Assembly (NCBI GenBank): GCA_963924565.1
Contig: OZ004612.1
Coordinates: 15,686,001-15,750,000, forward strand
Direction: 5' to 3'
Source: Ascidiella aspersa
Taxonomy: Eukaryota
DNA length: 64,000 bases
Of this stretch, positions 1 to 11,136 are shown in pieces (within the stretch, counting starts at the first letter, position 1; every line of letters starts with the position of its first letter). The position numbers and the translations under genes were made by a program. Under the pieces are notes generated by a model, which made no database searches, had not been told where the DNA came from, and was given only the letters and a program-made list of their open reading frames with translations.

Positions 1-152
1 TTTGTCCAGTTGTTTTTCTTTACATTGACATACTTCACAAAGTTTGCAGGTCTCCAAGGCTTTTTGTCTTTTTTCGTAAATGAACACAGCAAAACCAGGA
101 AGGCAACTAATACAATAAGCGCGCATCGAAATCCTGTTACTAGTGCTGCCAT
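1..152 (-). CDS. 5' end of a putative type II membrane protein running off the left edge; possibly a fifth member of the glycosyltransferase array
   Basis: ATG at 152 opens a frame with no stop to the window edge: MAALVTGFRCALIVLVAFLVLLCSFTKKDKKPWRPANFVKYVNVKKNNWT. Short tail, hydrophobic anchor and Lys-rich stem match the strand and layout of exon 1 in the four paralogs. No catalytic motif is visible in the window. Confidence 0.5.
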   Translation of the reverse strand, partial: MAALVTGFRCALIVLVAFLVLLCSFTKKDKKPWRPANFVKYVNVKKNNWT

Positions 153-2253
153 TAGTTGTAAGCTGACCTGGTTTTCGTCATACCTTTAGGTTTACGGGTG
201 CCTTGACAACGTCTTACGCAATATATCTATAGTCTGTAAAGTGTTACAAAAAAGTGACGTATTATGCTGTTATAAGCCTATAAAACAAGTGTTTGTAGGC
301 ATACACTCAAATACGTAAAACAACTAACAGGCTCACAAATCTATAGACAAGAGCGGCAAGAGCGCCTTCATCATTCACGTTAAAAACATGCGGAGTCACA
401 AACCTTCTAATACTACACCTGTTTGAATTCTAGTTCGAGTGCATTGCCTCAGGCACATAAACGTAAAATCTTTATCAGCAGTTAGAACCATGAGTGTTAG
501 ACAAAATAATACACGCTAAAGTCAGTAAGTAGGCTATAGCACATATATCCTAAGTAAAAAAAGGTAACATTCTCTAAAAAATGGTTTTGCCAAATTAACT
601 GGGCTGTCCATTCCCACTGTCCACTCTACTACTTATGTTCCAAAACTTTGTTATACAGTGGCGCAATTTTTTTTAACAAAACAGTTCTTCGAGCCAACCA
701 TGTGGCGATTGTGGCGTAAAACCTTTTTTGTGCGGCTTTTATCCCGTTGTCGAGATCAGATATACCAGTTTGGCTGATATACACATAAATTGCGAAACAG
801 TATAAAAGGAACAAGCATCAGTGTGTTTTTCTGGACTGACATGGTCAGGAGGGTGTCCGCTCCTGCTCATAATGCTCTTAGCCAATATAATGCAACAGCG
901 GCTGACTTTTTATTGACATCCTTTCAGTGTCATGGAATCTCTGACACCTGTCCATTTGTGATACCCTGGCCCGATTCACTGACACCCTGACACCGATTTA
1001 CCGACACCCTGCCAGCAAATTGTTGACACCCCAACCCATTTGTTGGCATTCTGTCACCAATTAGTGACAAACTGACACCGATTTACTGACACTCTGTCAG
1101 CAAATTGTTGACACTCTGTTACGTATTTAGTGTCACCCTGTCACCGAGTTTTAAAAAAAGGGAAAAAAGTGCGACACTTAAAGCACGAGTTTGAATGAGT
1201 GAAGCGTATGTCTTGCTTTGAGGTAAAATATGTTTTTTTAAACCACGATCATCTTATTAACCTTATCTCGTTCTTCACAGTTTGGATGTTAACTCTCTGA
1301 AGACACAGGGGGCTTTACCTACCTAATAGTTTTTGACATAGGAGGAAGCTGACATAGGCTCATAGGTAGTAGGATAGGAAATAAGCCCACTAAAATGAAA
1401 CCTTGGAAGCCGGAATGTACCAAAAAACAAGGATATCTTATAATTCTATGAAAAAAATGTACACCAATAGTACAACAATTTCACCTCTTTGTCGGTTTAT
1501 TGATAATAAACTTGTAGTATAGCAGTTCAGCACAATTAAATAGCCTACAGGTATAATTACAAATGAGTATAGCACAGTTGCCAACCGTAGCGGTAGTACA
1601 ATTGCCCTAGTAAACTTATAAGCAATTGATTAGTTACTTACCATAGTTGTTAAATGATGACAATTACTTTTATGTAGCCTTTTAAAAAACACTGAAGAAC
1701 CAATAGAAGATAACTGGTGAACTGATGACCTTTAATAAGGAGGAGTAAAGCAATAAAAAAGTTAAAGGCTGTTAGAAGTCTTGCTGAAACATAAATTGCT
1801 GCAGGAAACCTTAAAGGATAAAGTATTTTATCAATGATGGATGATATATTTGGCAATGAAACGATAACTCTGGAAAGTTATACAAAATTACAAAAAACAA
1901 TACAAAAAAAATTCACAAATGATTTCATATGTTGGTTTTGACCACAATGAAAGAATCTTTATTGCGACAACGGTTAAACAGTACTTACAGGTAACTTACG
2001 ATACATCAATTTACCTCCGTGTACGCGATCAGAACTCCACAATAAACAGTAAGATTGCTCGTTTTTGGTATAAAATGAAACCCCTATATACTTTATACCA
2101 GATGGCGTTAATTAAATTTCATAACAATACGGTTCTGCCACGCAAATAAAAACAAGAAATTCTAAGCAATTTACGAAACACGAGTATAGCAATATGTTGA
2201 TAGTTTGCTGAATGCACACATGCTGGTGTGACGACGTCACAATCCAACAGAAT

Positions 2254-2300
2254 GTTTCAATTGAACGACCGGAGTTTCAATTGAACGACCGGAGTTTCAA
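2254..2300. repeat. 20-bp tandem repeat (~2.3 copies)
   Basis: GTTTCAATTGAACGACCGGA twice, then GTTTCAA. Confidence 0.85.
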
Positions 2301-2630
2301 CCCGGTAACAATATGGATCGCAAACCGCTGCAGCACATATATATCTCGTTTTTTTACCGGCAGTAAAAAATATTGCCATAGTTATGCTATGAACAATTAC
2401 CTCTGGTGTCACCAACCGTGGTAGCGACTAGCGACACCAGCACAAATCACGTGATTTCACGTTTGGTCGGGGAGAGTCACTTTCAGAAATAATAAGGCTG
2501 GCGGAGATGCTGCAAGTTGCTCAAAGTTAAGAACTTGCAACACATCCATCATACAAATTAAATTGATGTAACCACAGTTTGGGGTGGCGTCCAAACGTTA
2601 GGGTGATCGTAGGTAACTATCACTTGAAAG

Positions 2631-3258
2631 CAGTGAGTCGAACCGGAACCGAACCGGAACCGGAACCGGAACCGGAACCGGAACCGAATCGGAACTGAAC
2701 CGGAACCGAACCGGAACTTTATGAACCGGTTTTGGGTCATTTTTTTTCGAACCGTAACCGAACCTGAATGTTTTTTGTACGATTTTAAGGATCCGAACCG
2801 GAACTGAACCGCATAATTTGAAAGAACTGAACCTTAACCGAACCCGAACCTGTTAATAAAAGCGGTTCGCTCCAGCATGACATCATAACTTGTATTTTAA
2901 AGACTCAAGTTATGCCATGTTTAAAATTTTATGAACAAATTTGAATATTGATTGATAAACTTTTATTTTTTTTATTTTTAAGATATTTCAATAATGAGTT
3001 GCTGTTTTTTTAATACGTCACGTAACTTTAATTAAATGACTTACTATTCAAATTATTCTCTAAATTTGTTGACCCACATTTTAGATTTAACGCAACTTAT
3101 ATTATATCCGAACCAGAACTTTATGAACCGGTTTTGAAATAACGATGGTCGAACCGGAACTTTTAAATTGCTCCGAACCGAAACCGGAACTGAACCGTAT
3201 TCCGAAAAAATCCTTGAACTGACCCTGAAGCGGAAAAGTCAAACGGTTCGACTCCCTG
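2631..3258. mobile_element. hAT-type MITE, GAACCG-rich family, copy 1
   Basis: TIRs CAGTGAGTCGAACC / GGTTCGACTCCCTG. Perfect 8-bp TSD CTTGAAAG at 2623-2630 and 3259-3266. Subterminal (GAACCG)n array. Homologous to 15244-15831 and 44174-44710. Confidence 0.92.
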
Positions 3259-4113
3259 CTTGAAAGTGTTTCGTGCAACTTCTAGAAATTCTGAACGAAA
3301 AATAAGATGGCAGCGGTACAAGACAAATTGTACAAGCCTAAATACCACGATATTCTTTAATTCAAAGTAAGTTTTATTATGAAATATCCTTTTCCTTACT
3401 TCTAGTCTTACCTAAGCATATGACTACAATAGGCTTTGCTCAAAAACTGTTTTTTCTTTCCTATTAACGAACGAAAATTTCCTTGCGAGTTAAATCCAAG
3501 CACAATCTTTAAATATTACAGATTGATCTTATCGAAATAATACAGATCGATCTTATTTGTTGGACATGCTGCATTCTGGAGGTATTTGTTGAAAGTGCAG
3601 TGTATATTTTGTGAATATAACGTCCCATGTTGGTAAAAAAACATGTGGCACAAGCGTCAGGGTGACACCCATATTGCTTACAGGGTGTCAACAAATCAGT
3701 GACAGGGTGTCAGTAAATCGATACAGGGTGTCACTAAATCGGTGACAGGGTGACACAAAATTGTTGACAGTGTATATTTCTACAGGGAGACGTGACCACC
3801 GTACTATCTTAACTCCACTATATCTAAACGAAACAAACTGTCATTGCATTTCAAAGTGCACACTGTCAGGTCGCTTATAGATTTATTGTACTTTCACATA
3901 ATTTCGCTTTCAAAAATATAGCTTACAGCGTAGTAAAAACATGTGTTGCCAGGTAAGGATTGCATCGTTGACTGATTTTTAGAAATTCGGATACGACTAA
4001 CGTTGCAGTAAAAGCGAATGCGTTGAGGATTAAAACTGGCCAGTTAACGAGCAGGATGCAGGGAAAGGAAATATACCAGAACGACCTAACCAGGCATTTA
4101 GCACACGCACAAC

Positions 4114-4208
4114 GAACACAGTAAATAACCAATATAGACGTGGGACCTCTACAACAGACCCTAACACAGTAAATAACAAATACAGATGCTGGGTCCTCTA
4201 CAACAGAC
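4114..4208. repeat. ~48-bp imperfect tandem duplication upstream of HDHD2
   Basis: AACACAGTAAATAAC(C/A)AATA..GA...TGGG(A/T)CCTCTACAACAGAC occurs twice. Confidence 0.75.
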
Positions 4209-4647
4209 ATAAATGATTTGGTGTCACTGACGTGTCAATAAAAAGTCACGACCCATCTAAATTACCAACAATTATAACTCATGTCTACCTGGCCTATTAC
4301 ATAAAAACTTTGAATAATTTCCGCCTTATCTGGACACAAGTTTGTATCAACGTACGGCCGCAAAAGTTAAAACTAACGGCCGCAGGTTGTGCACCCTTTT
4401 CATAAATCATAATCTGTTTGTTAATGTTTACTGAACGAAAAAAAAAATTATATGTTGTTGAATAAACTCTAATAATAGTTTTGATATTATTCGCATCACT
4501 GAACAGTGATTCTGTTTCCAAACAGGGGGTTTTTGTACAATTTTTGCTTGGTAAGCAGAGATAGATCCGCTATTAAAAATAAGTTTTATCAGTAAAATGT
4601 AATAATTTTTACACTCTTTATTCAGAAATCATTGAAAAGACGTTGAA

Positions 4648-6308
4648 ATGAGTAAAGTTTTTCAACACGTTAAAGCCGTTTTAATTGATTTAAGTGGCAC
4701 ATTGCACATAGACAAGCAAGCAATTCATGGTGCACAAACGGCGTTACAAAGATTAAGGGAAAGTGGGTTAAAAGTAAAATTTGTGACGAACACAACAAAA
4801 GAAGATCTTTCTTCTCTTTATAGACGTTTGAAATCTTTGGATTTTGAAATTGAAATCAACGAAATATTCACCTCTTTAGTTGCCGCAAGGAATCTCATAC
4901 AAAGAAAAAATGTTCGGCCTTATTTAATGCTAACTGAAAATGCTAAAAAAGATTTTCATGGTATATGCACTGATGATCCAAGTGGAGTAGTGGTTGGCTT
5001 ATCACCTGAACATTTTAATTATGAAAACATGAATGTAGCCATGAATCTTGTACTCAATGGGTGTAGTCTGATTGCAATTAATAAAGCAAGGTTAGTTTAT
5101 TCAAATGAACCAGCAAAACAATATTATTAAACAGCTATTGCATTAGTAACAAATTAATGTTGGAAACCAACAATTTCAAAAACATTAGTACCAATTAATG
5201 AGTCTTTGCAAGTGTAGTTTCTTTAAACAATCATATGTATATATTTGTTACAGATATTTCAAGCGGCCTCTTGATTTAGCACTTGGTACTGGGGCTTTTG
5301 TTGCTGCACTTGAATATGCAACCGATAGAAGAGCAATAGTAGTTGGAAAGCCTGAAAAAGAGTTTTTTCTTGAAGCTATTAAGGAGTGGGGGTAAGTATT
5401 ACGGTTTATATAACTTATTAATTGGTCTATACTTTGTTTATACATTTTAAATGTTTTGTGTTGCTTAAATGTTATGTCATATAAATATTTTCACTAGTTA
5501 TGACTACAAATGTTCAAAGTAAAATACCTACTCCTCTAGAACAGTGTGTTTAAAAGGTAGAATACCGAATCCAGAATACTAAAATTTAGTATATTTTTAT
5601 TTACTTATTAAACTTTAAGATGGTAATTAACAAAACGTATTGTTTAGTGAAAAAATAAATAAATTAATCACAAACAAATAAATTTTTTTCGATCTATAAA
5701 AAAATGAGTGCCATACAACACAATGAAATTCTGTCTTTTTTATATAACATTGTTGTGTTTTAATTTTACTTTTTTACTGTCATGCTTCAAAGAATACAAA
5801 ATTAATACTAGCAATAATGTGTATTTTGTCCAACGCAGTACTGTTTATCATTTCTGCATCTCGCATTACACATTAGCTGCTGGTCCGATAACATTTTTCT
5901 GACTCTTAATAATGATTAGGTAAAGATTGTAGGCAAGTAATTGGTAAAGTAATTTGTTAAATAACTTAAAAGTAATTGTAGAAGTCACAATACTTAATAT
6001 AAACAATATAATTAGATTTGAAAACTGCAGGATTCAAGTTTTTATATTCCAATTTGAACATTTAGAGTTATGACTCTGAATGATTTATTAATTTTGTGCC
6101 ATATTTCAGGTTTAATCCTGCTGAGTGTGTTATGATTGGGGATGATGCAAGGGATGATGTTGGCGGTGCCATAAACACTGGAATGCTTGGTATTTTGGTT
6201 AAAACTGGAAAATACCGTAGTGGGGATGAACACCTAGTAGGCCTCAACTCAGACTTTGTGGCTACTGACTTTGTGGAAGCAGTAAATCTGATTTTGACTG
6301 GAAAATAA
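4648..6308 (+). CDS. HDHD2: Haloacid dehalogenase-like hydrolase domain-containing protein 2 (HAD class IIA), 3 coding exons, 259 aa
   Basis: Exons 4648-5090, 5254-5391, 6110-6308 with GT-AG introns join in frame (780 nt). Motifs [38 protein letters not shown] and [13 protein letters not shown] match HDHD2 as I recall it. Confidence 0.95.
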
Positions 6309-7072
6309 CATACAAACTTATATTAAAGCATCATTGATAAATTATCTGAATAATACAGTTATAAACACAGTGTAACACAAGTTTAAACATTACCAATTTG
6401 TAGTATATACATACAAGTTCAATCGATTTAAAAAACATTTTAACATGTGTGGCATGCTGTGCACAGTGCATCTGTTTTGGAATAATATTAGACTAACAAC
6501 TAATAATACCAAAACGTTTTTCCTTAATCTCCGAAATAATGAGCTTAGGTGATTGTTTGTTAAACGTTAGGACACAAATATTAAAATTACACTCCAAAAT
6601 TTGTTGTTCAAATTAAAAAAAAAACTAAATACAGATTTCATTGTGTTTTATCGTCGCTCAGCATACGGAACATGTGTTGTAATGCAGGCGTTGTTTAAAT
6701 GTTATGTACCAAGGCAATTGTCAGGAAGTATACTACTTGAGTTAAACAAATATGTTTGGATAAACCAGAGCCATTACCCAGAAGATCGCATTGGTACTCG
6801 TTGGATGCATGGGACATGTGTGCTGCCGATCAATTATTATTAAATTGTAGTAGGATTTTGCCAATAGTTTATTTTTAACACGGGTTTTCTACTAAAATAT
6901 TCAACCCTTTTCTTATTTGATAATAGGAATGGTGTCAGTTGATTCGTGATCAGGCAACAGTACAGTAGTTTGAAAATATTGCTGTAATACAACGTCCGAT
7001 AACCCTATTAAATCGTTTGACTACGTCAATCAAACAAGCAGCGAAGGGAATGCTTCGAGACTAAGTTGTACT

Positions 7073-10000
7073 TCAAGTCACGCGAAGTTTGTGCGCTTCT
7101 TTGACAAGCCGAAGGATTTTGTCATCATACTTCATAAATTTCATCTTGTCATCGATCCTTGCAAGTTGCACGTTTTTCGACCAAGTAGAGGAACCTGACC
7201 TAAAATCAGGTGGAAAGTTTTAATGAACAATACAAAATAAGAAGGGCGTAATTTTTCTCCTGTTGTATTGGAAAATAAATTCGCTGTTTTGTTGCTACCT
7301 TTTGCGCGCTGGCCCAGGCTGGCTATACTGTACAAACGTAGTACACAAAGTAGGTTAGCAGTTGATTTACCGCAAAAATACCGCGCCTCGTCTGCAAATT
7401 TCCATCTCCGTAGAAGATAGAATGTCATTGTCATCACGCCACAGCCAATCACAAGTCTCGTAAGTTGCATTCCAGAAATTTGCGACGTCTTGAAAGGTAA
7501 AACCTCTCAATTTCTGAAAAATATTGAAATCAATACAAACTCTGAAGGCCGAGCACGTTCTTTTCATCAGTTTTTATACTAACCTTCGAGTATAATTGTT
7601 TTTCTACTAAACGTCCTATTATAATTTAAGTTTCCAGGTTAATAAATGCTTTCACAAGTTTGACGTGTTACGTGATACTGTAATGCCATGATGTGTGGAA
7701 ATATGTATTTTTTATTGTACCTATCAATAGGCCTACACATTTTTTGGGGGGTTTGTTAAATACTTTTGGATACACTGAGGCTGCCCTATTAAAATAGCCT
7801 TGCTTTTTTTGCTAAGCAAGCTGTGATTTGTAACAAATGTTTTAAAAAAACCTATCTTGATGTTTGAGAGCCATTTTTTTAATTAAGCTATATACCTGAA
7901 AGTAAACATATTTCTTACGTATTTTTTCTTCAGAATTGAAATTACGTCGATCGTAAGATTCCCGTCGTTAGTTGGTGACGCAAAATATATGTCACCCAAT
8001 TTGCAGCTGTCGCCATTTTTACTAGCGATGGCTTGAGCGATATCTTCTGGAGTTAACTTGAGTATGACATTACACATTTCTAGCCTTCCTTTAGAGCCCC
8101 AGGGCTGTTCGGCCAAGCATCTTGAAAATATAGTTTTGCATTTTTACGTGTTAAACATTTCACCCTGTTCTATCTGTCTGCAACAGGGATTTTTATAGTC
8201 GAGGGCCAAAGCTAAATTTAGAAAGGTTTCGGCTGGCCTTAATACATTTTGCTAACACATTTTTAGGTAAAACGTGCAGTTTAGGCCTTCTATGTTTTAA
8301 CAACTGTCAAGTACACCTAATTGTTTTTTTTTGCAATTGAAAATGGGTCTATTGCATTTAAGAAGGGAGTGAATCTTGGGTTTGTTAATTTTAAAATTTG
8401 GGTCGTCATCCATAATCACAAAGAAAAGCTGTAATAAAAGTATTTGAGGAAATTTCCATTGTTGAAACCAACTTTCTTTACTCAACTGTATCTACTGAGG
8501 CTTTAGCTGGAAAGATTCCCTCAAAACACAAGCATGTAGGCTATATATCGTTCGAATGCGCGAAAAAGGCGTTTACGTATAGGCTATAATAAAAATATTC
8601 ATACAAAATATGGGGAACGGCCTAGTGCTCAGAGCGGATCGGATGATATTTATTGGATCCGGCCCGCAAGCTGTAAGCTGCCGAGCCCTGTTGCACAAGG
8701 ATGCTTTTACTGTTGACATATTATGACAAAGTTGGAAAGGCCACTATAGTTACGCATTATTTAAAATTAGACTGCGTTATAGTCACTTTTTATTGTTTTC
8801 TGCGATTTAGGCCTTCATTGACAAAACATATCATCCTAAGATCAGTACATTGTATACGGCCAGGGAAGAGTCTCCATTTTTTATCTTTTCGTGGGGCTCC
8901 AGAAATTTCTTCAAACAAAAGGAGCCTAAGTATGTTTCTATTTTAGTGGTCCAACTAACTATTTGTTTTATATATTTGTATAAAATATTAAGATGTTTAA
9001 CATCTGTAAAAGGGAATATTTTTAGATTTAAAACGCATAACTTTTTGTACCACCTCCTCATCCAATCTTTCTTGTCGAACCTCCAATGAACACTTAAGTA
9101 TGGTCTCCCCCCGATAACTGTCCGGACAAATTCTTCAACCATATTGCGGATATGATTTGGCGTTGTTGTGAAACGAATCACCTCGCTGTAGAGCTGGAGG
9201 TCGTTAATCTTTTTTGGGTCTGCGTACAACAAGACAAAAAGCCTACCCTTTGTATTCCTGTAAACATTTTACGGGTCAATTTAATTGTTCGATTCGCTAA
9301 AATAGTTACATTTTATTTTACAAACTTATCGTAGCCTACTCATTTAAATGCTTAATTTTTTGTCAATTGTTGAAGACCGAAGAAAATTAATATACTAGTT
9401 TACATTTTCAAGCAAACATACTGTAAAAACATTAATCTAACTTTTGGCTGTTGGCATATAGCTCAGTAATTTACGCATTGCTTGTCAGAGGCCCAGAAAG
9501 AAATATGTTGCCCAATAAAACAGCATTGCAAAAAGTATTTCAAACTTAGAGGAGTCTCTTCGGCTAAAAAATACTATAAGATCGAGTAAAATGTGTAGGC
9601 CTACAGCACACAAAGGAATACATATGAATTACAGGAATACATATTAATTACATAGTTCATTTTACATGACACCGTTCTGTAAAACTTGTATTTGCACTAC
9701 CTATACGAAAACAATGTGTTGTTGTGGCTGGTGCACGTCGCAGTGAAGTTAAAACTTTGGACTTGACCCTGCCTTAGCGTGCGCAGAGCTCACAATAAAC
9801 ATTATTTTCCAGTAAACATGTAGGGCATTCAGCAATTTATAAGGGTAATATGTTGTATGAACAAATGAACGAACAAACAAAAATGAAAGAGTTTGCCAAT
9901 TAGCTTTGCAAGTTGTGCTTTGTAGAACGGCTTTTAAGGTTGGCCGTACCGTACTTCACTTGTTATTTTATGTTCTTCTACACATATATATGTGCTCGCA

Positions 10001-11098
10001 TAGGCTACGTCTACCCTCGCATTGGTTTATTGGTTATTGCCGCCAATCCATCAAATATAATAGTCGCAGTCATGACTATTCACAGGTAGCAAATTCGGCG
10101 GATATCACAAAATAAGACCAATGTACACTGTTACTTATAAGTAATAACCGAAACATTGGTAGCTATCTGTACTTACCAATACTTTTAGGAAATTTAGAAT
10201 TCGGAGTTTTTGATCCTATTTTCAAGTTGGAGAATTCGTACGGATGAATCGCGCATCTTTCCTTCAAAAATAATGACACTAATGTTATTGTGCTGAAATT
10301 TTAGGGCTACCACAGTCTAATTTTTCCCCAAAACAGGACAAAACTTTGCCCTAAAATTACAGTGAAATTTTTTTAGCATATAATGATTTCATCACCTCTT
10401 TTAGAACAATCTCAGGCATATCCTGACATAAAAAAAAATTAATGAAAATAATTACACAAGAAGATGCTATTTTTGATTTAATAGGCTTTATGCCGAAATG
10501 TCACACATTAGCATATATTTGTTAAAATGATAAACAACAAAACGCAAAATGCATAGTGTCCTCGGACGAGCATTCGTTTATCTTACTGCAGCCCTATGAT
10601 ATACTATCACTTATGGCTCGCGTTAATGCAAGATGCCATTGAACGTAAAAATATTTTGTCTTGCAGTGTTCAACTTTGCTCATGAAAATTAGAATCTATT
10701 AATCTCAAAATTACATTATTGGTTTCCGTACGTCTAAAACTGATCTGTCATCCAAATATCCTTCTGAAAAAATGGAATGTGGTGTGAGTAGCAGCTACTT
10801 CAAACGACACACTTTAACTTTAGATGTATACTAGTGTAAAAACTATTTTAGACCACAAAGCAAAAGTATTTCTCACCTCACTGTTGTAGAGTTCGTGTAT
10901 ATTTTCGGGACCGAACTCTACGAAGTTGTGTTTGGGGTTTAAAGATAGGTGACGTGGGTATTCGATTACATCGGGTATGTTGTTCTGTAAAAATATTTAC
11001 TGCATTGTAGGTCTTAATCAAAAGTTTCAAAGATTTGCCGGAATTGCAGATAGAGACTCATCCACTGCACTTCTAACAATCTAACTACTTGTTATCGA

Positions 11099-11136
<38 letters not shown>

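Larger units (their letters stand above)
945..3772. mobile_element. Degenerate foldback / CMC (CACTA-like) non-autonomous element with inverted arrays of ~22-bp subterminal repeats
   Basis: About 945-1146 carries tandem variants of ACACCCTGTCACCGATTTA(C/G)TG. 3657-3772 carries the reverse-complement array and ends ...TTGTTGACAGTG|TA. The left terminus is decayed, so that boundary is approximate. Confidence 0.55.

Noticed and set aside
945-1146. Spaced repeats superficially resembling a CRISPR array
   Set aside because: Units are degenerate and contiguous with no unique spacers, there are no cas genes, the context is eukaryotic, and they are mirrored at 3657-3772 like TE subterminal repeats.
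2558-2740. ORF with RFRFRF repeats (also 3163-3348 and 15151-15348)
   Set aside because: Translation of the GAACCG motif arrays of a MITE, not a gene.
7141-7470. 109-aa minus-strand ORF
   Set aside because: Off-frame overlap of exons 7-8 and intron 7 of paralog A; the conserved frame is a different one.
9452-9520. tRNA/SINE-like start GGCATATAGCTCAGTAA
   Set aside because: A-box-like only; no B-box or cloverleaf found.
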